NCBI GenBank assembly: GCA_963692865.2
Contig: OY843592.1
Span: 3,040,001 to 3,104,000 of the forward strand
Length of the DNA: 64,000 bases
Direction of reading: 5' to 3'
Origin: a bacterium
Lineage (GTDB): Bacteria; UBA8248
Part shown: positions 47,974 through 59,212 of the stretch, piece after piece
Numbering within the stretch: the stretch's first letter is position 1
How the letters are laid out: every line of letters starts with the position of its first letter
Notes under the pieces: generated by a model
Told to the model about the DNA's origin: nothing
The model's input: only the letters and a program-made list of their open reading frames with translations
Databases searched by the model: none
Translations under genes and position numbers: made by a program

Positions 47974-50754
47974 CTATGGCGTACGTTTGGCCCCGAACGC
48001 GCCGACGATGCTCTGGAGGCTGTCCACCGTGTTGGCTCCGAAAGTTCCCGCCACAGAACCGGGATGATCGGCGGGGTCGGCGCGGTTGCCCAAGAACTTA
48101 CCGCCCCACTTGCCCGTGAACGCGACGCCGTCGTCCGTCGTCTCGCTGGTGTCGCCGTCGAAGTTCCCCCCGAGGTCGCCGTCGGTGATGCCGGCGGAAC
48201 CCAGAGTCAACGCGGGCAGGGACACGCCCCCATCCGTCCTGCCCCCCGTAATCGACCCCGAGACGCTTCCCAGCGCAGCCGCGTCACCAAAATCGACCGC
48301 CAGATCCGCTCGCGCGTCGAAATAATCGAATACGGGGTTTGCGTCCGCATCCGCCTTCGTCATGTACAGACCGGTCGCGGGCCCGCTGTAGGTCGCCGCG
48401 CCCGTCAGGCCGGCCAGGTTGTCGTTTTCGAAGGGATCGTTGCCCCCTGCGGCGACGCCCAGTTCGTACGAGCCGGTGTAGTTTCCGTCGCCGGGGTCCT
48501 TGTAGATGAACAGCCACGAACCCAGCGAGAGGTAGTCTTGGTCCGTGTTCTCCTGGCTGTCGGTGTAGGCGTCCCAGTTAAAGATTCCATCAGAAACATC
48601 CTTGTGGGTCTCGACGCCCCTCCAGCCCGCCGCCGGGCTGTCCGTCATCCTCGATGACACGTCCTGATCCGTCGTGCTCAAAGTCGAGACGGTGGAGCCG
48701 GTTTCGCGTTTAAAGGTGAACTGCACGTCCCCGCTCGCATCGCGCTCCACGAGGAAATACGAAGGATCCAAGACGCGACCGCCGGGGGTGTGGGACGATT
48801 GCGTGGTGCTGCTCATTTCTCTCGACGTGGGCGTGTGCCCCAGAAGCCATGCTCCCCCGGCTCTCAGGATGTGATCCGCAGCGCCCCTCGCCAGCTTCGG
48901 GGTCTCGTTGATTTCCATGCTCGTCTCCGGCAACGCGGGCGTGGACGCGGACCCCACAGGCCGCGCTCCCCCGGCCGTCAGGATATGCACCGCGGCGCCT
49001 GCCGCCAGAACCGGGTTCTCATTCACTTCTTTCAGCAAAGACCCGTAGCGAGCTGATGGGGTTCGTTTGGCCCCGAACGCGCCGACGATGCTCTGGAGGC
49101 TGTCCACCGTGTTGGCCCCGAAGGTGCCCGCCACGGAACCGGGATGATCGGCGGAGTCGGCGCGGTTGCCGAAGAACTTACCGCCCCACTTGCCCGTGAA
49201 CGCGACGCCGTCGTCCGTCGTCCCGCTGGTGTCGCCGCCGAAGTTCCCCCCGAGAGCGCCGTCGGTGATGCCGGCGGAACCCAAGGTCAACGCGGGCAGG
49301 GACACGCCCCCATCCGTCCTGCCCCCCGTAATCGACCCCGAGACGCTTCCCAGCGCAGCCGCGTCACCAAAATCGACCGCCAGATCCGCTCGCGCGTCGA
49401 AATAATCGAATACGGGGTTTGCGTCCGCATCCGCCTTCGTCATGTACAGACCGGTCGCGGGCCCGCTGTAGGTCGCCGCGCCCGTCAGGCCGGCCAGGTT
49501 GTCGTTTTCGAAGGGATCGTTGCCCCCTGCGGCGACGCCCAGCTCGTACGAGCCGGTGAAGCTCCCGTCTTCGGGGTCCTTGTAGATGAACAGCCACGAA
49601 CCCAGCGAGAGGTAGTCCTCGTCCGCGTTGCCTTGGCTGTCGGTGTAGGCGTCCCAGTTGAAAATGCCGTCCGTCGCATCCTTGTGGGTCTCGATCCCTT
49701 TCCAGCCAGGCGCCAGATCATCCATCATTCTCGATGAAACGTCTTCATCCGTCGTGCTCAGGGTCGAAACGGTGGAGCCGGTTTCGCGTTTGAAGGTGAA
49801 CTGCACGTCCCCGCTCGCATCGCGCTCCGCGAGGAAATACGAGGGGTCCGAGACCCGCCCGCCGGGGGTGTGGGACGATTGCGTCGTGCTGCTCATCTCC
49901 GACACTCGACCGTCGATGAGGGAGGACGTAATGATGAGGAAGGAAGACGATTGCGTCGTGCTGCTCGTCTCCTGCAACGCGGACCCCAGAGGGCGCGCTC
50001 CCCCGGCTTTCTGGATGCGCTCCGCGGCGCCCCTCGCCAGCTTCTGGTCCGCCTTGACTTCCTTCAACAAAGACCCTTTGCGAACCGATGATGCCAAATT
50101 GCCGATTCTGCCATCATCATCGTCGTCGTCGCTGTCGTTATCGTTGTCATTGTCATTGTCGTCATCGCTGTCGTTGTCGTCGTTATCATTATCGTTGTCG
50201 TTATCGTTGTCGCCGGAGCCGGGAGGCGAGTTTCCAGGCTGATTCACGGGCGGCGAGGCGCCGTCATCATCGTCGTCGTCGCTGTCGTTATCGTTGTCAT
50301 TGTCATTGTCGTCATCGTTGTCGTTGTCGTCGTTATCATTATCGTTGTCGTTATCGTTGTCGCCGGAGCCGGGAGGCGGGTTCCCAGGCTGATTCACGGG
50401 CGGTGAGGCGCCGTCATCATCGTCGTCGTCGCTGTCGTTGTCATTGTCGTCATCGTTGTCGTTGTCGTCGTTATCATTATCGTTGTCGTTATCGTTGTCG
50501 CCGGAGCCGGGAGGCCGGTTTCCAGGCTGATTCACGGGCGGCGAGGCGCCGTCGTCATCGTCGTCGTCGTCGTCTGACTCCGACATTATCATCGTGCTGG
50601 ATGCGGCCTCGGCCCTGGGGGAAATGGCGTCCCCCACAATGGTTAAGAGCGCGGACACGGTTCCGCCCCCACCGTAACCCCAGACGATGAAAACAAGCGC
50701 GAACGAGATCGATATGGCGAAAAGCGAAAATTTAGAGAGGGGTTTTCTTGCCAT
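47974..50754 (-). CDS. Exported protein with Asp/Asn-rich repeats and two TbpB-like domains
   Basis: AAGGAG RBS; signal-like N-terminus; three copies of GASPPVNQPGNxPPGSG-(DN)n-D6; duplicated domain with ATYSGPATG, GKWGGKF.G, GSVAGTFG, GAFGAKR. Confidence 0.8.
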   Translation of the reverse strand: MARKPLSKFSLFAISISFALVFIVWGYGGGGTVSALLTIVGDAISPRAEAASSTMIMSESDDDDDDDDGASPPVNQPGNRPPGSGDNDNDNDNDNDDNDNDDDNDNDSDDDDDDGASPPVNQPGNPPPGSGDNDNDNDNDNDDNDNDDDNDNDNDNDSDDDDDDGASPPVNQPGNSPPGSGDNDNDNDNDNDDNDSDDDNDNDNDNDSDDDDDDGRIGNLASSVRKGSLLKEVKADQKLARGAAERIQKAGGARPLGSALQETSSTTQSSSFLIITSSLIDGRVSEMSSTTQSSHTPGGRVSDPSYFLAERDASGDVQFTFKRETGSTVSTLSTTDEDVSSRMMDDLAPGWKGIETHKDATDGIFNWDAYTDSQGNADEDYLSLGSWLFIYKDPEDGSFTGSYELGVAAGGNDPFENDNLAGLTGAATYSGPATGLYMTKADADANPVFDYFDARADLAVDFGDAAALGSVSGSITGGRTDGGVSLPALTLGSAGITDGALGGNFGGDTSGTTDDGVAFTGKWGGKFFGNRADSADHPGSVAGTFGANTVDSLQSIVGAFGAKRTPSARYGSLLKEVNENPVLAAGAAVHILTAGGARPVGSASTPALPETSMEINETPKLARGAADHILRAGGAWLLGHTPTSREMSSTTQSSHTPGGRVLDPSYFLVERDASGDVQFTFKRETGSTVSTLSTTDQDVSSRMTDSPAAGWRGVETHKDVSDGIFNWDAYTDSQENTDQDYLSLGSWLFIYKDPGDGNYTGSYELGVAAGGNDPFENDNLAGLTGAATYSGPATGLYMTKADADANPVFDYFDARADLAVDFGDAAALGSVSGSITGGRTDGGVSLPALTLGSAGITDGDLGGNFDGDTSETTDDGVAFTGKWGGKFLGNRADPADHPGSVAGTFGANTVDSLQSIVGAFGAKRTP
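47977..49895 (-). repeat. Intragenic direct duplication, period 1080 bp
   Basis: Near-identical ORF-track entries at 48086/49166 and 48284/49364. Confidence 0.92.
50110..50578 (-). repeat. Three 138-150-bp units coding poly-Asp/Asn with Pro-rich spacers
   Basis: GGCGCCGTC anchors at about 50257, 50407 and 50545. Confidence 0.95.
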
Positions 50755-51094
50755 CGGTTATTCTCCTTTCCGATATTCATCAAACTCGTCGTCGGCATGG
50801 GAGACGCCGCCCAACGTCAATGAAAGGGCGTGGCGCAACCCGGCGCAACAGGGAATGCTTATTGGACAGTCTAGCGACTGAGAGGCGACGTCCTCCATAT
50901 ATTGTTGGTTATATATTTCCCGAATCCATACCAACGCTATATATGAGAGGCCCGATTTTGCGGAAAGTGATGCCCGGCGCTGGCGAATGCGCCGAATCGA
51001 AGAAGGCGCCGCATTCTTGCAGCGCCCGGAATGTCAAAAACTGAACCGGAGCGGCCCGCGCCCGTTCCGGCCGATGGGAATTTCTGTAAATATC

Positions 51095-51144
51095 GATAAA
51101 TTCAGGGGGTTTTTTGATAAATTGACGACGTATTTCGATAAATT
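51095..51144. promoter_or_regulatory. Three phased direct repeats GATAAATT (putative operator array)
   Basis: Starts at 51095, 51116 and 51137, exactly 21 bp apart. Confidence 0.5.
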
Positions 51145-51276
51145 TCCTGCTCCCGGCGGAGGCGCAACTCCCCCGCCGCCGGAAACATGGTGAGAATACA
51201 CGAGCCTGCGGGCGCGATCATCACGGCAAATGCGCGCATCTGCGGGCAAATGCGCGCGTCGTTTCACGGGGAACGT

Positions 51277-53313
51277 TCAGAGGATGTCTTTCGTCCGCTC
51301 GGCGATGCGCTCCGGCGTGAGGCCGAAATGCGCATAAATTTCCTTGTAAGGCGCGCTGGCGCCGAAGCGATCGATTCCGAGCACGGCGCCGTCCTCCCCC
51401 ACCCATTCGCGCCAGCCCATGGTGGCGCCCGCCTCAACCGCCACCCTCGCCTTCACTCCCGCCGGAAGAACGGAATCGCGATAGGCGGGAGATTGCTCCC
51501 GAAAAAGCTCCCAACTCGGCATGCTCACGACCCGGGCGTCTATTCCATCCATCGCCAACATACTTTGCGCCTCCACCGTGAGATGCACCTCCGAGCCGGT
51601 GGCGACCAACACGGCCCGGGGAGAACTCCCCTTTTCCGGTGAGATGACGTAGGCCCCCCGCGCCAGCGCATCCGCTCCGTTTTCCGCCGAACGCTCCAGG
51701 ACGGGCAGGCCCTGCCGGGTCAACACGAGCATGGTCGGGCCTTCGAGGCGCTCGACCGCCACCCGCCAGGCCGTGGCGGCTTCATTCGCGTCGCATGGGC
51801 GTATGACGACGATGCCCGGCATGGCGCGAAGAGAGGCGAGGTGCTCGATCGGCTGGTGGGTGGGACCATCCTCGCCCAAGCCGATGGAGTCGTGCGTCAT
51901 CACGTAGATGACGGGCAATTCCATCAGCGCCGCGAGTCTTATGGCCGGCCGGGCGTAATCGGTGAACGTGAAGAAGGTGGCCGCATACGGGCGAACTCCA
52001 CCATGCAGGGCCATCCCCGAGCAGGCTGCTCCCATGGCGTGTTCTCGGATTCCCCAGTGGATGTTGCGGTTGGCGTAATCTCCTCTGGCGAAATTTCCCG
52101 ATTCTTTGATGAGCGAATTGTTGGAAGCCGCCAAGTCCGCGCTCCCGCCGACAAGCCAAGGAATGGCGGAGGCGATTTCATTCAGCACCTGGCCGGACGC
52201 CGCCCGCGTGGCCAGCGCCCCACCCCCGGCCTCGAAGCGGGGAATGCGGCTCTCCCAACCGGCAGGCGGTTCACCTTTAAGCGCCGCCTGAAATTTTGCG
52301 GCCAACCCCGGGTTCTCCGATTCAAATTCCGCGAACCGGCGATTCCAGTCCGCCTCCAGCGCGGCGCCTCGAGGAACCGCTTCCCCCATGTGGGCGGACA
52401 CTCCATCGGGCACCAGGAACGTCTCGCCCTCGGGCCAGCCGTAGTTCCTTTTCGTGGCTTCGACTTCTTCACTCCCCAGGGGAGCGCCATGCGCCCGCGC
52501 GGTATCCTGATATTTCGGCGAGCCATACCCGATGTGCGATCGAACGACGATCAAGGACGAGCGCTCGACCTGCGCCTTCGCCAGATTGAGCGCACCGGAA
52601 ATCCGGGATAAATCCTCCGCGCTGTCGCCGAGATTCTGCACGTGCCAGCCGTACCCCTCAAAGCGCTTCACCACGTCATCGGAATAACTGAGCGACGTTT
52701 CGCCATCGATGGTGATGCGGTTGTCGTCATATACGCATATCAACTTGCCAAGACCCAGATGCCCCGCCAAGGATGCCGCTTCATGGGAAGCGCCCTCCAT
52801 GACATCGCCGTCGCTCATGAACACGTACGTATGGTGATCCACAATCGAATGGCCTGGACGATTGAAAACGCTCGCCAAATGCGCCTCCGCCATCGCCATT
52901 CCGACCGCGTTCATGAAGCCTTGCCCGAGCGGGCCCGTGGTGGTCTCGACACCCGGCGTAAGCCTGTATTCGGGATGCCCCGGCGTCTTGCTCCCCCACT
53001 GACGAAAGCGGACGATCTCAGGGAGCGAAAGTTCATAACCGCTCAGATGGAGAATCGCATAAAGAAGCATTGAAGCATGACCACACGAGAGCACGAAGCG
53101 GTCGCGGTCAAACCAGCCGGGATTTCGGGGATTGTAGCGCAGATGGTTCGTCCACAACTCATACGCCAGCGGCGCAAGAGCCATCGGCGTGCCCGGATGG
53201 CCACTGTTCGCCTCTTGCACGGCATCCATCGAAAGCGTGCGTATGGTGTGAATCGATTGCTCGGAGATGCTGGTGCCGGAGAACATTTCTTTCTCTTTCG
53301 AAAATTTCGTCAT
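51277..53313 (-). CDS. tkt: Transketolase
   Basis: [49 protein letters not shown]; start may be 53286. Confidence 0.97.
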   Translation of the reverse strand: MTKFSKEKEMFSGTSISEQSIHTIRTLSMDAVQEANSGHPGTPMALAPLAYELWTNHLRYNPRNPGWFDRDRFVLSCGHASMLLYAILHLSGYELSLPEIVRFRQWGSKTPGHPEYRLTPGVETTTGPLGQGFMNAVGMAMAEAHLASVFNRPGHSIVDHHTYVFMSDGDVMEGASHEAASLAGHLGLGKLICVYDDNRITIDGETSLSYSDDVVKRFEGYGWHVQNLGDSAEDLSRISGALNLAKAQVERSSLIVVRSHIGYGSPKYQDTARAHGAPLGSEEVEATKRNYGWPEGETFLVPDGVSAHMGEAVPRGAALEADWNRRFAEFESENPGLAAKFQAALKGEPPAGWESRIPRFEAGGGALATRAASGQVLNEIASAIPWLVGGSADLAASNNSLIKESGNFARGDYANRNIHWGIREHAMGAACSGMALHGGVRPYAATFFTFTDYARPAIRLAALMELPVIYVMTHDSIGLGEDGPTHQPIEHLASLRAMPGIVVIRPCDANEAATAWRVAVERLEGPTMLVLTRQGLPVLERSAENGADALARGAYVISPEKGSSPRAVLVATGSEVHLTVEAQSMLAMDGIDARVVSMPSWELFREQSPAYRDSVLPAGVKARVAVEAGATMGWREWVGEDGAVLGIDRFGASAPYKEIYAHFGLTPERIAERTKDIL

Positions 53314-53425
53314 GCCGAATATGCTCGCTTACCTAGTGAAAAAACAAAAAAGACCGCAGCAAAGGCATCATCCAGCCATCAGATACCGATACTTCAAGCA
53401 ATCCATTCAATGCGTATGGATTGGG

Positions 53426-54613
53426 TCACGCGTTGGCCTTGCGCCGCTGCAACGTTTCGAGCCAAACTTCCAAAGTTTCCACAACTCTCTGGTCAGCTAG
53501 AGGAAGAACCGGTTTCGGTCGGTCTTTATCTTTTTTCGCATCATTAGGCAACAGCGACGCGGCTGACTCTTCCACTTTTAGCTCGAGCTCCGATACTTTT
53601 TTCAATATCCAAGGGGCGTTCTCTCCCAAGGTTTGCGCCTTTAGACAGATGTCCAGCGCCTGTGCATCGTTTCCCTCTTCGACATAGAGCTCGACCATCT
53701 TTCGAAGAATGGGGACGACGACTTTTTCATCAACAACATCCTCTTCTTCTAAAACGACATTAAACTCTCGCCCCTCATTCTCGGATTCAGATACTTTGTC
53801 CGTCGAACTCGAAACATCTGTCAAGTATTCAAATTCAGATGCAGACGCTTCAACGTCCCCTTCACCTGCTTCCATATCTTCGGACGCCGCATCATCCGCC
53901 TTCGCCTCACCGGATACGTTTCCCTCACCTTTTACTTCCCCTGCTATCAAACCAAGATTTTCTCCCATCTCGGGGTATCCCGTGGGCACATCAACATCCT
54001 CATCCTGCGACATTTGTTCTCGGACAGCAGCCAATCTCTCATTCCATTCGGCTTTAGCCGGTTCAGACTCCAAAAGACGTTCGTAGACGTCCCGCGCCTT
54101 ATCCAAGTGACCTTGAGCCATATAAAGTTCAGCTAGAGCCGGCGTGGCTACTACATCCAATTCCCCTTTAGAAACAACAGGTGAGGAGCTACCAACACCG
54201 GAGTCGGTTATCGCGCTTCGGGGCGATACTTCCTCGGCCCCGAACATCTCGGCTGCCCTTAACGCAACTTGCGCGGCCTCCTCATCGCCCTTTCTCCGCC
54301 AACACTCAACTAAAAGACGTTGACCCAAAATGTTCCAGGGAGCAATTTCCAGCGCTTTTGCGACAAAACGGGTTGCTTGTTCGTGTTCATCTTTCGAGAT
54401 GAGTATTTCTCCGAGCAGAACACCTGCGGCTGCGTAGTTGGGATATGTTGCAAGTCCATTTTTCAGGAGATTTTCGGCCTGGTCTACTTCGCCTTTTTCC
54501 CATAAAAGGGATGCCAAAGGGAAAAAAACCGCTGAGGAGGGGTATTGTTGCAAACGCTCTTCCAAGGCTTTAATTCGGGCTTCTGGGTTACGCAAACGAC
54601 GTATCATTGACAT
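53426..54613 (-). CDS. TPR-containing protein with acidic linker
   Basis: N-terminal TPRs; ATPALAELYMAQGH; C-terminal LEVWLETL. Confidence 0.75.
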   Translation of the reverse strand: MSMIRRLRNPEARIKALEERLQQYPSSAVFFPLASLLWEKGEVDQAENLLKNGLATYPNYAAAGVLLGEILISKDEHEQATRFVAKALEIAPWNILGQRLLVECWRRKGDEEAAQVALRAAEMFGAEEVSPRSAITDSGVGSSSPVVSKGELDVVATPALAELYMAQGHLDKARDVYERLLESEPAKAEWNERLAAVREQMSQDEDVDVPTGYPEMGENLGLIAGEVKGEGNVSGEAKADDAASEDMEAGEGDVEASASEFEYLTDVSSSTDKVSESENEGREFNVVLEEEDVVDEKVVVPILRKMVELYVEEGNDAQALDICLKAQTLGENAPWILKKVSELELKVEESAASLLPNDAKKDKDRPKPVLPLADQRVVETLEVWLETLQRRKANA

Positions 54614-54660
54614 CTAAATTCTCGGTGGGGGAATAAGGGCGCATACCCATGTTTGAACAA

Positions 54661-54690
54661 ATTCTAACAAAGGGCACCCTGCCATGACAA
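54661..54690 (-). promoter_or_regulatory. Putative sigma70 promoter
   Basis: TTGTCA-N18-TAGAAT with extended TG. Confidence 0.45.
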
Positions 54691-54751
54691 AGAGTTTCGT
54701 ATCTCCTATGTCATCCAAGCTCTAATGTAAGCATGAGTTGTGGATTCTGGC

Positions 54752-55186
54752 CTATCGTTCTGAGTCGACGACAGCCAAGGCATTCACTTCGATGAGACAC
54801 CGCGAGTCGGTAGCCAGCTGAACCACCTGAACAGTGGTGGTGGTTGGCCTATTGTCTCCAAAATACTCCGCCCATACCTGATTGAGAGAATCTTGCTCCG
54901 CCAAGTCGGTTACAAATCGGTGGGCGGAGACGACATCGCTAAAATCACCGCCCACCGCTTCAAGACTTTTTTTCAAATTCTCCAACGTTGCCCGAGCCTG
55001 TCCTTCCATATCCCGGGGCATGGCGTCAAACTCTTCCGGTCGATGCGGGTGATGATGATAGACGGGCGCAGCGGTTACTCCAGCCAGAAATACGAGGCTC
55101 CCTCCAGTGACTTTGATAGCCGGCGCATAAGGCATCCACAGATCAGGAGCGTCCGGCCAATGGAGATGCTCTATTTTTTTAACCAC
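54752..55186 (-). CDS. RidA/YjgF family protein
   Basis: VFLAG, QARATLENL, LNQVW..YF, RPTTT.V.V..L, LIEVNALAV; GTG start after AAGGAG. Confidence 0.85.
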   Translation of the reverse strand: MVKKIEHLHWPDAPDLWMPYAPAIKVTGGSLVFLAGVTAAPVYHHHPHRPEEFDAMPRDMEGQARATLENLKKSLEAVGGDFSDVVSAHRFVTDLAEQDSLNQVWAEYFGDNRPTTTTVQVVQLATDSRCLIEVNALAVVDSER

Positions 55187-55499
55187 TCCGCTCTCCTTCC
55201 ATGTATCAGACAACCCATATTCCAAATACTTTCATTCAGTCCTCGAAACAACTCCTGCACCAATTGAGTAAGTGAGATAAAAAATTACCCAATCAACATT
55301 TTTGCGCTTGCAGTTTTATATCTTATCATCCGCAGGCGGGATGACGCCCCCACAACCTCTTCAAACTCAAACCTTGAAAAACGCGGTTATTCCATGCCTC
55401 GGCCTGAAACCGCAAACCCACTAAACGTATTTACCATTACAGAAATCTATTCGATAATCATTACCCGTATTTTCTTCTTCATGTCCAAAAGGATACCCT

Positions 55500-56264
55500 A
55501 TGTCTACCAAACTGCTGGCGGATAAGCGTGTCATCATCACGGGAGCATCAACCGGCATCGGAGCTGCAATCGCCCACAAATACGCCCATGCAGGGGCTCA
55601 CATATGGGGCGCAGGAGGCAGCGACCCACAAGGGCTGCGAAGCACCATCAATGCGTGTAAAAATCTCGGAGCAAACGCCGATGGAAAATGTTATGATTTG
55701 TCCGAAGCACGGCGCGCCGTTCAACTGATTCGTGATGGCGTCGAATTTCTGGGCGGGCTTGATATTTTAGTTGTTTGCGCGGGCACGCGCGCCTTCAAAC
55801 CCATCGTCGAAATCACGGATGATGAAGTCGACCTCTTGTTCGAAGTAAACGCCAAAGCCGCCTATATCGCATCCCGAGAGGCAGCGAAGGTAATGATCCC
55901 CCAACAAAGCGGTTCTATTTTAATGATCGGATCGTCCGCCGGCCATCGAGGCAGAGCCGATACGAGTCTTTATTCGGTGACCAAATCCGTGCTTCACCAT
56001 CTCACGAAATGCCTGGCCCTGGAATTGGGGCCGCTGGGAATCCGCGTGAACTGCCTGGCGCCGGGCCTCGTCGCAAGCCCGCGCGTAAAAACAAGGCTCG
56101 ATGCAAAACCTGAATATCTTCAATCCAGGCTAGAGGGCATACCACTCCACCAACTCGGCACGGTCGAAAATATGGCGGCCACAGCACTGTTTCTGGTCTC
56201 TCCTGAAAATGAATTCATGAATGGCTCAATCGTGCTTTCCGATGGAGGCGTTACGGCAGGGTAG
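55500..56264 (+). CDS. SDR family oxidoreductase
   Basis: TGASTGIG, YSVTK, GIRVNCLAPG, DGG. Confidence 0.9.
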   Translation: MSTKLLADKRVIITGASTGIGAAIAHKYAHAGAHIWGAGGSDPQGLRSTINACKNLGANADGKCYDLSEARRAVQLIRDGVEFLGGLDILVVCAGTRAFKPIVEITDDEVDLLFEVNAKAAYIASREAAKVMIPQQSGSILMIGSSAGHRGRADTSLYSVTKSVLHHLTKCLALELGPLGIRVNCLAPGLVASPRVKTRLDAKPEYLQSRLEGIPLHQLGTVENMAATALFLVSPENEFMNGSIVLSDGGVTAG

Positions 56265-56269
56265 AAACC

Positions 56270-57625
56270 ATGTGTGATGTGCTATTGAGAATTTCAAGAA
56301 ATAAGTTTTCTTTTCTGATAGCTTTAGTCTGCGCCTTCACCTTCTGCCCATATAAAAATATCGCTGATGGTGAAACAACCCTAGACACCCACCAAACACT
56401 CACCGCATTGGTATCAAGCAGAACGAAGTGGTTATTGACTGCGCCCACCGAAAAAGGTTCCTTCAAGACAAAAACTACCCTGCTGGCCTTTACAATGGAT
56501 GGCGACTTTCATCCCATCACCTTCAAGAAGACAAACGGAGTATTCCGTGCGCATGTGCAAGACCATCCCACCCCCTCCGACCTGGCTGCAAATGTGCCGC
56601 CCACACAATTGCCGGACGGAAGCTTTGTCGGCGCAGGAAAAAGCGGAATGTTCATCAATGTCGACACTATCGAGCGACGCTGGTTGTTCGTTTGGCCCAG
56701 CATTCGCCCTTCAACCCTATCGAAACCTGCTGTTCTGGGCCAAGACGATGTGGCGATGGTCGGCGTGGATGGCTCCATACTTTTATTCCAAAAAAAAGAA
56801 GACAAATGGCTCCAAACCCAACTCATCAAAGCGAAAACGGCAAGAGTCCTGCCAGACGCAATCTTAACGACAGCCGATCTGGACGGAGATGGCCGAAAAG
56901 AACTCATCGCGCCCGCGGCGCCATCCAAACGTTACGGACACGCCATACTCGGGGATGACATCGAACCTACAGAAATTCACGCATACCGTTTCAACAAAAA
57001 ATCTCTCCAACTCATGGGCACATACTCCGCAGATAAGGATGGTGTTTTCGAAACCATCGGCACCCTCGTATCGGACTTGGATAAGGACGGGAAACAGGAA
57101 ATTCTCGTCACTCAAAGCAATTCCGACAATGGGGCAGCCCATCTCGTTTTGGGAATGAGGAACAAAAAACTCGCGCTCAAGGCCCGAGGAGGCGCAATCG
57201 GGTCGAAAAATCGCTGGTCGCATCTATTGGGCGCATTCAACATCGATGGCGACGCTCCCAAAGTCGTTGCCGTTGAAACACCACATCTGACAGGCTTTTT
57301 GCTGGCGCTGCGTCTTAGCGGCAAACGACTCCGAGAGCGGGCTCGTATGGCCGGTTTCACTACGCATTCGGTTGGTTCTCGAAATCTTTGGGAATTCACC
57401 TTACTGAGACGACGAGGAGTTGTAGAAATCGTGATGCAAAGGGTCGGCCGGCGGCATTTGAGCGGGCTCGCGCTCTTTGGAAATCGCTGGCACTTCAGGT
57501 GGTCGCGACCTATTCCCTCACCCGTTCACTCCAACATACTCACCGCGGATTTCAATCAAGACGCGAAAGACGACATCGCTTTCGCCGACCAATCCGGCCT
57601 CGTCCACATCTATTTATCAAAATAA
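56270..57625 (+). CDS. Exported FG-GAP/VCBS-like repeat protein
   Basis: ADLDGDGRKELI, DLDKDGKQEILV, NIDGDAPKVV, ADFNQDAKDDI; N-terminal hydrophobic segment. Confidence 0.75.
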   Translation: MCDVLLRISRNKFSFLIALVCAFTFCPYKNIADGETTLDTHQTLTALVSSRTKWLLTAPTEKGSFKTKTTLLAFTMDGDFHPITFKKTNGVFRAHVQDHPTPSDLAANVPPTQLPDGSFVGAGKSGMFINVDTIERRWLFVWPSIRPSTLSKPAVLGQDDVAMVGVDGSILLFQKKEDKWLQTQLIKAKTARVLPDAILTTADLDGDGRKELIAPAAPSKRYGHAILGDDIEPTEIHAYRFNKKSLQLMGTYSADKDGVFETIGTLVSDLDKDGKQEILVTQSNSDNGAAHLVLGMRNKKLALKARGGAIGSKNRWSHLLGAFNIDGDAPKVVAVETPHLTGFLLALRLSGKRLRERARMAGFTTHSVGSRNLWEFTLLRRRGVVEIVMQRVGRRHLSGLALFGNRWHFRWSRPIPSPVHSNILTADFNQDAKDDIAFADQSGLVHIYLSK

Positions 57626-57723
57626 ATCCTAATCGATTCAATTTGGATACGACTATCGATTCGAACAACGCGCCATTTCTTAATTCCCACTAACCAATGG
57701 CTTTTAGAGTAGTGCACGGCACT

Positions 57724-59070
<1,347 letters not shown>

Positions 59071-59212
59071 TTAGGGTAGCCCATCTATAGTCAGGGACAA
59101 AAGGCCGGGAAGAACTTTTTTACGCCCTCATTCCATTTGATCTTCAAGACGTCGAATGATATCGGAGTAAAAACCTCTGTTCGTTTTCAAAAACCAAAAG
59201 GAAGGCCGAATT

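Noticed and set aside
50088-50690. Arg/Cys/His-rich 200-aa ORF on the + strand
   Set aside because: Antisense translation of the Asp/Asn repeat.
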